From Selaginella moellendorffii (Eukaryota; Plantae; Lycopodiophyta): a stretch of DNA of 64,000 bases. Made by a program: the position numbers and the translations under genes. Of the stretch, positions 12,103-25,219 are shown one piece after another (the stretch's first letter is position 1; the number at the start of each line of letters is the position of its first letter). The notes under the pieces were generated by a model. It was not told where the DNA came from. It worked only from the letters and a program-made list of their open reading frames with translations, and searched no databases. The stretch lies in assembly GCF_000143415.4 (NCBI RefSeq), contig NW_003314325.1:1070296-1134295 (forward strand). The letters run 5' to 3'.

Positions 12103-15100
12103 TTTGGTATCAAAGAATACGTCTCAGCGAGTACTATCCAATGAGAATGGGCAACTAGTCTTGCTGCATATGGAGAGATGAAAATGATGATTCAAGTGGG
12201 TATATGTTTGGGTGCTAAAACTTCGCATTGGTTCCTTGAGTATGGATTTTGGTTATCTGTTGGTTACCTATTGTACCTTATTGTGTGAGCTTGTGCTTGG
12301 GCTCATAAGATGAATGTGAGATGTTTCGTTTGTATGAGTTTATGCTTGGGCTCGTGAGTGAGGCACATTAGCAACTCAAGGTTACACTTTGAGTTGGCAA
12401 AATTAATATTAGCCTATCGTTAGTTCCATGAGTTGTTCCATGTACCATAGGTGAAAGTAAACCTCCCCTGGGTTTGCTATGAGTGGCAAATAGGCTGGCC
12501 TATAGCTGTTTAGCACGGCACTAGTGGATCCTTCTTAGGCATGATTATAAGTGGATTAATTAAGACTATAGGGATTAGTCTATTGGTTCAAGTAATCATT
12601 GCTGTGCTCTCTCATAAACTTTTCTTGGATTGGACTGAAAGCAGTGCGAAAGCAAGCTTAAGGTTAAGTCAAAGTTAAGACCAAAAAACGAGTCGTGCGG
12701 GAGGACGGATTACACACGTAAATCATCTTCTGTTCTTGGAGAAATGATTCACAACGAATGTGTTAACTCATTGATCGTGTTCACATTATGCAATCAAGAA
12801 TCCCTACCTTGATGCATATTGATTATGATGGTCCTACAATGGTGAGTCATAGGATGGATAGCAGTGAAGTGCTATACCATTTTGTCTAAGCTTGTTATTG
12901 AAGACTTAGGTTGCAATGCTCAATTCTTTTTTGGAGAACCTTACTATTGCTCCTTGAGTAGCTTGGTGATGGATTAGTTTTGAGTTTGGTCAAAAAGAGA
13001 GTGTTATGAACTTGTCCATGTTGTGAACAAAAATTAGTGGTGTTAAATATTGTAAATCTTTATCGGTGGGGTGTGGCATTTATATTGCATTTTATCAAAT
13101 TGAGTTAGCACTTGATATTCATATAACCTTTGTAGTAGTGATATAAGCATTGCTCATGGTGTTGCTCAATTGATGATCAAGTTATTATGATTTTATATCA
13201 TATCCATGTGATAATGAGTAATGTGTTTACAAAGTTGCTTGGTTAAATGATGATCAACCCTGAAGTGGTTGATAGTGAAGCTAGTCTATTTATAATTAGT
13301 AGCATTGTAGTAGCTTTTGACTAAGTTCTCAATGGTGGTCCATTATATGTTAAGTTGATACCTTGTTTCCTTGAGGGTTTGCCCATTGAGGTGTTGGAAA
13401 ATGATTGTAGCATTTATTTGCTATAGCTTATCAAATGATTTGCTAACATTTAGAGTAGATTGTTGGATGGAGAAGATGTGTAGTTGAAGCATTAACATCG
13501 CTAGCATTTGTGTTAGTGGAAGTGGCATTGTTATTTTGAGTGATGAGGAATTTTCCTTAGACATTGATTTTTCATATCATTTTTCTTGTTAGTGTTTTAA
13601 TTTCATATTGAATCTTGAAAGTGATTGAAGAAAAGTGTTAATGCGACATGGATATCCGAAGATATAGTTTTCGTGATCAAGCCTTGGATGTTCACTTTGC
13701 ATTTTGCAGATGTCGGTTATATGGGCAAAGATGTTTGATGCTTAAACTAACTATAGGTCATGAGAATTAGTGTTGAGGTGAATCTATATGAAGTTGTAGG
13801 TAAGAGGAAGTTGGTTGAGTCTTGAAAGTTTGCATTCCTAAACTAAAAGTCATTCTTTCTTTAGGATGGAAAATTTTCCACAAATTTTCTTAGACTTTTC
13901 CAATGGCTGATCTATTGATCACTTTACCCAAAAACCATTTCATTTTCGTAAGCCAATACAAACTAGTGAAAGGGTTAGAGTTGACTTTGGTTAATTTAGA
14001 CATTAGTAGGTAGTTTGTATGATGTGACCTGAAAGGGATACTGACTTTGGGGCTAAGGCAATTGAGTTGGATAGAGTCTGGAGTCAATGTAGAAAAGTGA
14101 TTGTTGCACTTTTCTAAGAAGGGTGACCCTTTATGCCTTTCTTTGTAATGTTATGCTAGGTGGCAGGTTGCACCTTGCATTTCATTAGACTCTATAAAAG
14201 TAATGAGCTCTCACTGATTCTGACTTGGTCTTGGTGGTCTTGTGCCTTTGCTGAGGATAGTGATGTTCAATTTAGTTGTTTGAGGTTGAGATGTTGGTAC
14301 CCATATTATAGCTTTATCTATGAGGAGGTTGTGTATCAATATAAGCCATTTTATGGTCTTCACTTTAGTTTCGACTAAGTGTTGATTATGTATAACTAAC
14401 CTCTTCAAGGCATGCTCAGAGTTATTGGCTAAATGCATTAGTAAACTTATTGCAGTTGAGTTGGATTCAAGTGGTCATTTGGTTAGTGTTTGTCCATGAA
14501 CCTTTATCTTGTATCTGGGGTATTATGTTCATGTTAGACAAGTATGTGACTCGATGGCATGAGTTTGGTGTTTGGTTCTTATGAAGGCAAGTTGAAGAAT
14601 GATTGTTAATTGATTGGCAACTAGTGATTGCTTGTAGACTTCGTCAAGGACTGTTGACACTTGCTTTACTCGATGAAAATTTATCAGTGATGGGTTTGCT
14701 TTACCAAATAGTGTTACGAAGGATCGTGTCATGGGCTTGCATAAGTTTTCCATGTTGGTATATCGATTCCTTTGTCAATGTCATTTAGTTATATTTAGTC
14801 CGTGGTGTTAGATTTCATGGAATCTTGGATGTGGTGAATTACTCCTTGATGATGTGTTATCTATAACTAAGTTTTGCTGAAGGATTAATCTCAGATACTG
14901 ACTAAGGTATTTTCGACTTTAGTTAGTTTGGTTGCTAGAGAGCTTTGAGTGGTGATTCACTCTTGCTTTCTATTAACTTTGTTTTGGTGTTGATAGCATT
15001 GAAGTGATGCTTTGACGTTGACATTGTTGATGTTAAGATTTAAGTGAGATGAAATGTTTCTCCTTAGGATTGACATTGAGTTTCATTAGTCTCGATGCAA

Positions 15101-17047
15101 TTAGTGTTGATGCTTGGGTTGTAGCTTTATGTTATTGGCATTTGTATAATTACTAAGTAGCAACTGTATTGACGTTCAAACGAGCTGAGTGGCAAGTTTG
15201 AGTTAGTTGTGTTCTAGATAAAATTATTTAGTAAAAGTTGAACTTTGGCTTTTTCTTGAAAAGTGATTTAGTCATGGGCGACGCTAACTCTACGAGAGGA
15301 AAAGTTAGTGATTGATATTAGAATATTTGAATCCTTGTTGGATTTGAGTTAGGATATATCGATTATTGATGATTTTTCTTATGCTTATTACAAAGTGAGT
15401 TACGTCTTGCTAAAGATGGATTCATGGAGGATCGTTTGGTGATCACTTGTTGAGCATAACTTTATTGTGTTTAGTTTTTGGATTGATGCAGAAATGCTCT
15501 TCATTAGCTTTGCATTATGAAGTTTAGCTTATGGATGTGTTGAGGAGGATATTAATGGTTGTACCATGATTTCTTCTTTAGCATTGAAATTAGTTCATGC
15601 GAGACTCATGATCATTGTTAGGTAAGACTTGGCTATATGTTTCTTCAAGCTTTTGGTTCCTTGAGTTTTCATGTTTATGGTCCATTTGTTAGAAGTTGTT
15701 GAGGAAGGCATTTTGGCTTATTAACTTCGATGTTGAAGTTAGTATTTGCATCTAGCAATCATTAGTGATGATTGACTATCATTTGGGGTAGTTGATTATC
15801 CTTATCAAAGGTTTTGTTTGATTATTGTTGATATAGAATGATTTACCGTTCTTCGAGATGGTTGATTATTTCTTCAATAATGATTATGCATCTCTCTAAT
15901 GATGGGATGATTGATGATCTTTTTTGATAGTTAGTTGTTCTCTTTTATAGCTTTTGGCTTTTTGCAATACCACATATTCTTTATGATTTACTCTGGATTG
16001 GTTTCTTAGGTTTGAGACATCAATAGAATGTTGCTGACGCTTGCTAAAGCAACTTGGGTTCCTTCATATTGTTGATTGAGATCTATTTAGATTGACTAGT
16101 GCAATAGTTGGCATAAGTGTTTGTTAGTCTTACCGCATTCATTCTATTCTGTTGATTATTGCTCGAGTTAGCTTTAATAGATTAGGATGTTATTTCCTTC
16201 GGGTATACATTTGCGAGTATTGTGCTTGCCAGTTAATGATACTTTGTGTTCTTTGAGTTCTTTTTGGTAAGTTGTTTGGCATATTGTCTACAATTTTCGG
16301 TAGTTAAGTTTTATCATTAAGTTTTCTCGATGATACACTTGCTATTGAATTTTGTTCGATGGTGAATCCTATATTTTCCAGTGATAGTGATCTTGGTGGT
16401 TCCTATATGCTAATACTAGTTTATCAGATGATAACTTACTTGAAATACTTTTGTGTTTTAATCTAAGCTTTATTCACTAATAATTAAGTCTTTAAGATAT
16501 CATTGTTTATGACTTTGATATTGTCCATCTATTGATCTTTAAGTTTGGGCCAGTATAGGTAGACTAGCTTTAGCACTTCGTATGCATGGTGAAATCTCTA
16601 GTCATGGGGTAGCTACTATCGACTAGTCATATAACCTGCCTCTATGTTGATGTTCTTTATTCCGTAAAAAGGGTGTGACTATGTAAACAACTCTAACTAC
16701 CTATTTACAGTAGTCTATCTAAACCTTACTGACGGGTTTGGTTTCTTTGCTCATGAGAGTTGGGGTCTCTGGCTTCTCTCTCTATGTCCCTACGGGCAGG
16801 GGCATATCACACTTTTGTAAGCTAGGTGACACCCAAAGTAGCAAGGGTGGCTAACTCCATTGGTCATTTCTTTGTCGGTGACGGTCAAAAGGTGTTAGAT
16901 AAAGAGGTTACCCCTAACTCATTTAAGTTAGTGCATTTCTCACATAGTGTGAACACTATAAACTTTTTCTGGAATTGTTTCCTTAGCGGTGGTCTAGACT
17001 AGAGTATGCATCGACGAGGACGTCAATCTTCCCTAAGGGGGGGAGAG

Positions 17048-18172
17048 TGTCGTGAATGTGACTTTGGGTATCGAAACTTACCTATTGGCTAGTCCTTTCA
17101 AATATTCTTTCCTTACTGCCACGACGGCAGAAAGTCGGTATTACTGGACCCGTTATTAGTCTCCGCCTGAGCTAGTTGAGAAATTGGTCTTCACGTGTGC
17201 GCTTGACCAAATGAGCATAAAGACTGAATTTCTAAGTGCTATTAGTCAAGCATACTTGACTTGGTTAGAGAAACTCATTCGTTGACTTGCACTTGCTAGT
17301 GTTGGGAACCCCCGTGATATTGAGCTTGGTTCCTCAATATTCACTAAATGATAACTTACTGTGTCTGCCAAACACCCTTCCTATCATGCACCTTGTATTA
17401 GTACAATTCGGTCCCAATTGTTATTTATGGAAAGTGTCTAGATTTGCTCATTTGGTATATCTACGGAATGTAGAGATTGTCCTGAACACAATAGTGTTCG
17501 TATCGTGTCCAAATTCGCAATCTAAAAACATTCCATATTTAGTAAGTTTCGAATTAGTCCCAAAGACTAACTCCTGGTACTAAGGGAGGCTTGGGGTGAA
17601 AGCTCGGGGGGGGGGGGGGGGGGGGGGGGGTTTTTTGGGGGTTTTAAAATTTTAATAAGGGAAATGGGGGATTTAGGATTGGTTAACCACCTTGGGGAAA
17701 AACCAACCCCCCCCTTCAGGGTTGTCCCTTTTTTTTGGCCCGGCTGGGGCCAAACCCAAAGTTCCTTTCCTTGTAACCGGGGGGAAACCCCCTTTCCTAC
17801 AATAAGGCAACCGGATTCCAAAAAAAGCGCTAAACTCCGTTTGGCTCCGTTTTATGTGCTGGTCCTGGCATTGAGATGCTAGATACTCTAGGACTATTCC
17901 AAGTCGCTCCATGCTCCTGTCCCTTCGCTCGTTGGGCTACATGCTTGAGAGTCGTTCTGTGCTCCAGTGCCTTTGCTCCTTGGGCTCCATGCTTGAGAGT
18001 TTGGCACCGTTCCTTCATTCAGTGGCTCAAGGCCCTGAATGAAGGGTTCCACACCACTGTCCTTTGGACACGTGGCATATGACACATGGCATATGAAGGG
18101 TTTAGGTTCCACTTCGTGGTTATTTTATAGTAAATCACCATAGGATAAAGGGTAAAAACCACGTGCACTACA
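17048..18172 (+). repeat. 3' LTR, family A
   Basis: Direct repeat of 10966-12102, preceded by the PPT. Confidence 0.92.
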
Positions 18173-19219
18173 TGTAGCAGATGGTGGAGTTATGGGGCTG
18201 GTAGCAGTGGCACTATATGGGTTTACATGAGCATGTTCTATAATTGGTGTTGGTGGCAGCATTCCATATTGGACAACACCGTGGGCATAAGGTGTTCAGA
18301 TTTGGTCATTTCAAATGCTTGGGTTGCTGCTTTCTAGGGAAGGTGAGGAGAACGAAACATACTAGAGGTTTTGGATATGTTGTAGTGTATGCAATGTTAG
18401 GTGGCACTCTACTTGCTCAAATGTAGTTGGGAGTTGTGGGTGGGATGCTATTGGAGTTGATGTCCCTACTGTAGAGCTTGGAAAATCAAGTGGCTAGCTT
18501 GTGTCTTGCAGGACTATTGGCTGTACTAACTGTGGAACATCGAGTGCTTGGGTGCATGCTTGCAAGGCATTTCCTGCATAGTATCTACTACTATTGAGGC
18601 GTGCAGCATTCTTGCTTTGAGCCTAGAAACCACAAGGGATTGGTTATGCAAACCTAATTGAGGAGAAGCTACCCACCATCGCAACTATGGCACTCTTGCT
18701 TGCGTGGTGGTCCTGCGATTGGGGGAGTGTGTGTTAGAAGCCTTGCCTTTAGTTAGATCATGTGAATCAATTGGAAGAAGCTCTATTTCGTTAAAGTGGG
18801 AATTGTCATTATCCCACTTGTAAAATAAGGTTTCCAAACCTTTATATAGTATATAAATATAACAAAATTCAACTGCATTGAGGCACATGCCATTTTATTT
18901 TAAACAAGGAAATGTCTACTCAATCACTTCTCCTCCCCCTGCCACTGCTTCACCTCTCTCTTCTCCTTGTCATCGTCGTCCAATTTCTTTCCATCCTTTT
19001 AATATTGGCTCAGTTGCTCCGAGTCTAGGTGGAGCCCAAGTCCCCATTCAATCTTTACTTTCCCCTTATTAATAAAACAACTTCGTAGACTTCCAATAAC
19101 ATGCTATAACATTTCTAGTATAATGCAAATCCTCTCAAAGAATTGTCTTTTAATATTAATACAATGGCATGGAACCCCATGCCATAATAAGTTACATTTT
19201 TAAATAAATACATGCCATC

Positions 19220-20082
19220 TCAGACTGTTATTTTTTGCCTCCAATGCCTATACAATAATCTTGGAATTTCATCACTCTCCACACTATCAGGATTTAAACC
19301 CAATAGTAATGCCATCTCTTCTCTAATACGTCCACGCTCATGTTCAGTGGTCGAAGAACCCATCCGGTTGAGCAGATTATGGAGATGCGGATAGTGCTTG
19401 GCTAGACAATATACATGCCATAAATGATGATTGGTGTCTGTCCGATCAAATGGCTTCTGATATACCGTTCCATCTGCCATTTGGTTGATTTCTGCAGCCA
19501 CCTCCTGGACTGGCCGGTTCTCTATCACCATCGCTCCAAGCCGTTTTGCAAGGTCCCCCAGAACATACGGTTTCTTCTCCCTAGTTTCCATACTGCAAGA
19601 GATGGGGTGCACTGCATATGTGTGCGTGTTCACTGCAGTTTTAATTGGCGAGTCATCGATGATGAGGATTTCACTTGACCTAGCAGTCCGGTTCATCACT
19701 ACAGCCTCTGGCTTGACGAAGATGGGCTTGCTACCCCTCACATGGACCATAGTCAAGCAATCCTCCTGCGTTAGGAGAAAGTCAAATGGTAATATTACTC
19801 GCGTCTGATGGTGCATCATTTGTAGCAACGTTAATGCATTGTGGCGCATCATAGATGTCCAAACTCCCAATTGCAAATTGAACCCGGCCCTCTGTTTTAA
19901 GTGTCGCATGGTCATTATTAGATCCCGCAGTTTCTCCCGTGTGATTAATGTGAATCTGTCTCTTTTGACCAACTTGCGACCGCAGGCTTTGGAGGGTGCA
20001 GTGACATTCGAGGACGAGCCACGCTCATGGGAGAAAAGGACACCGTTCAGATCAAAAACGATACAATACCTTCGCCGTGACT
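19220..20082 (-). CDS. Terminal exon encoding an FCP1/SCP (NIF)-like HAD phosphatase domain
   Basis: Open 288-codon exon with CIVFDLNGVL, LGVWTSMMRHNA, LLTQEDC, KPIFVKP and ILIIDDSPIK, matching the plant DLNG-type FCP1-homology pattern. Confidence 0.8.
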
Positions 20083-20322
20083 CTGAAATGAAATGCATTA
20101 GCATAAAAAATGGTACAAGTCAATTTTACCATCTACAATATTAGCGAATGGTGCTCCCGATGGTCGTTGAGAGGGTTTTAGTCGAGGAAACGTGAAGGGC
20201 GGAAATACTCTCCTCTGCAATGTGGGGTCAATCGCATCCGATGGCGTGTGGGCACATGCCATTTCAGCTGTAGACTCTGGTACAACTGGCTCAACAGTGG
20301 CATGGGGTGGTTCCGATGGCGT

Positions 20323-21967
20323 TGTAAGCGACTAATTTTTCCATTCCACTTTAGTCACTTAACCACACCTTCGACCACTTGGAGGAGTCTCACTCACAAC
20401 CTCCTTAAGTCCAATTCAGGGCTTGGGACTTACTAGCCCCAAGAATGGCATCCATGCCACTCATCCCTTGCACTTAGTCCAAGTGCTCCACATGTCCGGT
20501 CCCAAGACCGACGCCCCAAGGTACCACCGACATACTAGCCCGTTACGCTAAGGCCATGCCCCTTAACCTTGGTCATACCGGTGGTCTAACACCACGTGCA
20601 TCACAATCCCGTCTCTCAAGGACTGGACCATTCGTCCATGAGTGATCATTCCAGATCCACTCCTTAGCATCCTTAGGATGCCCACAGACGTGGGAAATAG
20701 CCTTCCCCAATATCCCTTTTCTGGTCCCCACCAAGTCCCTTTCTGCCCATGGCCGTGTTCACCAACACTACCACTGGATCGAGGCCCACCGGCCCGACCA
20801 CTAAGTCCCACGGTCCTCTGGGACTTCCTCACCTCACGACTGTGTCCTTGGTCACTACCCCAGAGGACTGCTCCTCTTCCTTTCCACAGTCTGGGCCTTT
20901 GGGACAACATTTCGGAACACCGTGGCCTTACGCGAGCCACCTGGGTACTCTCCCCACCTTTCGCCTTTAGGTGCTCTAGCCATGGGCTTAGAGCGAGGTC
21001 CCGTTGAGCCACGCCTGGTATCTAAGTAGGTAGTGCCACCCACACTTGGACTAGGAGCATCGGCCAGTCGATCTCCCGGGGGAACTAGAGCCGGCTCTTG
21101 AACACTTCACCAAGCTACCCCGCTTGTCGGTCCGTATTCACTCTAGTCTTGGACTTCCCAGTGGTCAGTTCATCACCCAACACTGGGTCTGGCCTTCCTG
21201 GGCCAAACTGGCCTTTCCTGGCCAAACTGGCTCCACTGCAGTCCTCCCCCTTACTATACTTTTGGAGCTCATCAAACCCCCCAGGGTCTGGGAGACGAAT
21301 GCTTTGGGCTTTCACCCTCTCAGACTCGAACTTGGACTCGGACTCGGACTCGGACTCGGACTCGGACTTGGACTCGGACTTGGACTCGGACTCGGACTCG
21401 GGCTCGGGCTTGGTCTCAGCCTTGGCCTCGGTCTCGGTCTCAGTCTTGGTCCCAGTCTCGGTCTCGGTCCCGGTCTTGGTCTCGACCTCGGACTCCATCT
21501 TGGGTCCTTCTCGGACTCCATCTTAGACTCCATCTTGGACTCCATCTTGGTCCATCTCGGACTCCATCTCAGACTCCGTCTCGGTCCATCTCGGACTCCA
21601 TCTCGGGTCCATCTCGGACTCCGTCTCGGTCCACCTCGGACTCCATCTCGGGTCCATCTCGGACTCCATCTCGGACTCCATCTCAGGTCCATCTCGGACT
21701 CCGTTTCGGTCCATCTTGGACTCCATCTCGGACACTTCCACGTGTCATGTGTTGGTCCTTTTTGGGTCCCTTTTTGGAGCCTCACTTATTGCTCGCTTCG
21801 TGCTTGTTCCTCGAGCACTTTGTTGGGAGTTCCACTCCCACTCTCGACCTTCCAAGTCGGAGCTTTTAGTCCAAACGTGTTACGCTCGTTTGGGCTTTCG
21901 CTTCGGCCACTACCACGTGGCACCCTTTTTGGATCCACTTTGGGGCCTAGCGATTTTGTGTCTCACA
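20323..21967 (-). mobile_element. Solo LTR (family B)
   Basis: TG...CA ends with TSD GGCGT (20318-22, 21968-72). It is the reverse complement of the LTR at 55959-57602, which is followed by a PBS and so fixes the orientation. Confidence 0.92.
21322..21732. repeat. Tandem GGACTC hexamer and GGACTCCATCTC dodecamer array inside LTR B
   Basis: Directly visible; a homologous, more decayed array lies at ~56175-56500. Confidence 0.9.
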
Positions 21968-24048
21968 GGCGTGTGATCACACGCCATTTCAGCTGATGCC
22001 TCCGTTGGCAAAGTGGACATGACCGAACAGGTAGCAGGGGCGGTGTAGGGAGGTTCCAACGGTGCGTAGTCAGACGATTGGGCACACGTTAAGTCCGTTG
22101 GAAATGAGGATACGACCGACTCGGTGGCTAGGGCGGCCTCATGCGGGTCCAATGGCGCCTGGTCACCGTCAGTTGGATACGTGGACAAGATTGACTCAGT
22201 GGTATGGGCAGCATCAAGTGGAGCGTGGTCAGCTTGCTTGGCGTTGATATGGATAGTAGCCTCCACCAGCTCTGATGACTCTTGCAGGCAAGTAGAGTCC
22301 ACTAGCGGATCCATATGCATGTCCAAATATCTCCCTTCGATTGAGATGGTATCCTCCCTACTGGCTACTAAAAACAAACTCATTAGCACATTGAATCGAC
22401 TATACTGTATTTACCATCAACTGCTATTGAGGAACTAGGACCGATATCACTTGGGCGCACTGCTGATTCTGAAGGATTGGACATATGTTTCAACCCTTGC
22501 TTGTCACTATCCTTCCTCGACACTAAAGGCTAGAGTTTGTATCTTAATTCAACTGAATAATCTCTACTTACCATTTGCTCTGCGACCTACATGGACAATG
22601 TTAGAAATGGTAAAAGGTTAGGAATGGATGTATTATTATTTACCTGATGGTTTGTCTTGTATGACCTTCCTCCGCTGCTCTTTGGCCACCTCAGGCTGGC
22701 CATCGTCGTCATCATCGTCGTCGTCGTTATTGTGATCGTCACCATTGTGAGGACCATCCAAGTCCTCTTCGTCCTCCTCTTCTTCGTCCTCCTCTTCATC
22801 CTTCTGCTCTTCCTGCTCATTATCTTTCTCTGGCTCCTCATCCCCCTCCTGCATTTCTTCCATAGGCTACTCAAGCTGGATGGCTTGTTCTTCTAGGACC
22901 ATCTTGGGAAAATCATTTGGCCGAGTCTCCATCTCAAAATACAAGATATCCATAGCCTGTTTTAGTGCGTGACCTAGGACCGTATCCTCACCCGACTGTC
23001 TTAACATGGTTTCTACACGTTCTTGCACCCTTCGAAGACGACGAGATGAGAAAAACGTGGCCCTGACTTGAAAAGCATCCCTCATCCATTGTACCTCTCT
23101 ATTGAGATTGGGGAAGGGGAGTCCGCCATAGGAATCTAAGTCAGGAGGTGGTGACTGGCTGCTTTCACTCAGCCCTTGATCTGCAATGAATGGCATGAGC
23201 ACACACGCCATAACCGCAAGGCATTACCTATCATCTTTTCGTTGCCCTTTTTCCTTTTCAAATCAAACGCCTCTGATCCCGACGACTGTCCAACGTGCTT
23301 TCGCTTTTTATGACCACTGTCAGTTTGAGCTTGGCTGGTGCTTGCCTGTTTTGCCTTTGAAGAAGTGTCTCCTGCAAGGAATGGCATAAGACCACACGCC
23401 ATTGCAAATATAATTTGTACCTCCTTTTTTCCTATTGCTTGTCTGTTTGTCCTTCTTCGACGCGCCACCAGTGCGCTTTTTAGTCCTCGTGTCTGAATAT
23501 TCACAACGATCTATAATCAAAATGGCGTGAGGCCTCACGTGACCTTACCTTGTGCAGGTTGTGAGCTCAGCCCAACATGGGTATCTTCAACAGTAGCTGT
23601 TAATGCCGTTTCAGCATCTAGGGGTGGCCACGCTCCTACATACAGAGCTTGTGAGATAACATTTAAACTTAAAGTGCGTACTCACCAGGTTCGCAAAGAA
23701 GATACTGTTTTTCTTTGGCAACTGTAATTATATGCTCCATTGAAGTCACCTCTTCAATGGAGTTTGTCACCACAACACACGGGACACCCTTGAGTAGTGC
23801 GGCTCGAAAGAATAGTCCACTACAGTTGTACTCGACAACGCATTTGCCCTTGGAGTCGGAAGCAGGTGACCCACCCACTATTGTGTTGAAGACCCAGCTG
23901 AGCATTTCCCATGCTGCACCTGGAGCTTTCTTTGGATTCGAAAGCTCCATAGCCATCTTTAGTTCCTCAGGCACGGGTAAATTGACCTCCCTCAGATCAA
24001 TTCGATCGGCCTTGTCGAACAAAGCTGGGAAGTCACTCCTCGCCCCTC

Positions 24049-25219
24049 CAATCTATCATATACATCTCCCACGCGCAGAATGTCAAGCAAGAAACGTGCT
24101 ACAAATCGAGTGTGCACGAGACATTGGCACGAACACGGAAGCTCTGGGTTCAACTGAAGAAGCCACAAAAACCAGGACAAGGACGTGCACTAGCAACTAG
24201 CGCCTAGCAGGTAAGCCTCGTTGCATGTGGCATAGCATGTGGCCTCACGCCATTTCCATTGCAGGAATTCTCGAGTCTTCTCTCGAAAACACTGGGGGTC
24301 AATGACACACTCAGCATCCATAACATTCTACTCGCAACAAAAGTTGTTTTTGACAAATGGGTAGATGTGCTGAGGAGGTACCATGACGGGGAGTTGCTAA
24401 ACTCAATGGGTGTGGAGGACGGCCGGAAGCCCAATGATTTGAAGCTCCACGCCTTGCGTTTCTCGCGGTCTCTAGACGACGACGACCTTCTGACAGTGGC
24501 TAATGCTCTTCTACGTGGTGAGGTAGTCTTCAACAAGACCAAAATGACTCCCGGCCATATTGTGACATACGAGGACTTGTGCACGACTCTGAGAGCTCAT
24601 GCGCTATTGAAGGATTGGATCTTCGAGCAAGTGGCCGTGGAGAGGGTGAGCATCGACACCACACAAGAGATGATGGAAGCGCTGGAGTTGTCAAATGAAG
24701 ACATCGACGAGTACGTGAAGGGGGCCCCCAAGTTCATCGATCTGCTGCGGGATGCCACGAAAAGTAAAGCTGAGAAGTTGAATTAGTATCCAAATTTCAT
24801 TAAGAGGGATGTCGACCACCGGCTTCAGAAACAGCTCGACCCCGCAGCAGAGGCCTATTGAGAACCTTACCGGGTATACGTGAATTCGGATGAGGATCAA
24901 AGGTGGAGGAGCATTGTTTCCCGCGGAGATGAGCAGGTCAAGAACATCTTTTGTGTGATGGACTTCACAAACAAGGAGATCACTCATGCAGACGAAGTCA
25001 GCTCCATCATTGACTTAATGGTGGGACTTGCGGAGGTGGAATCTTCAGTCCACTATATGATCTACGACTCTGAATCCTATCACAAGTTCTGGAAGGCCTT
25101 GAACGAGGTGAAGGCTTGGTTGAAAGGCAAGGAGATGCGGGAGATCCATGGGATAATGGCTAAGAAGAAGATACCGACGAATGTCCGCATCTTCACACTC
25201 GCCCTTGTTATTGGTCCTG
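24049..25219 (+). other. Internal 1,171-bp inversion within the minus-strand multidomain gene
   Basis: The segment codes on + and has its own intron (24211-24264). Flipping it gives in-frame GNTLL|QSIIYISHAQN and LALVIGP|GGARSDFPALFDK. Confidence 0.85.

Larger units (their letters stand above)
10966..18172 (+). mobile_element. Full-length LTR retrotransposon (family A), non-autonomous or decayed, no intact ORF
   Basis: LTRs TG...CA at 10966-12102 and 17048-18172. TSD TGTAG at 10961-65 and 18173-77. Met-tRNA PBS tggtatcaaag at ~12105. PPT aagggggggagag just before 17048. Confidence 0.93.
8200..18700 (-). pseudogene. Heavily decayed unidentified gene of the outer transposon, split by the LTR element at 10966-18172
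   Basis: Stop-riddled coding-like stretches with GT-AG-like boundaries. A Ser/Thr/Pro-rich frame reads across the LTR insertion site. No family recognised; boundaries approximate. Confidence 0.3.

Noticed and set aside
17605-17830. Long poly-G run and divergent homopolymer-rich stretch in the 3' LTR (possible G-quadruplex or insertion)
   Set aside because: It is colinear with the 5' LTR but degraded right after the G run, typical of low-quality sequence reads.
21098-21996. Long LG/SP/ES-repeat ORFs on both strands (and similar at 56077-56502)
   Set aside because: By-products of stop-free hexamer/dodecamer tandem repeats inside LTR B.
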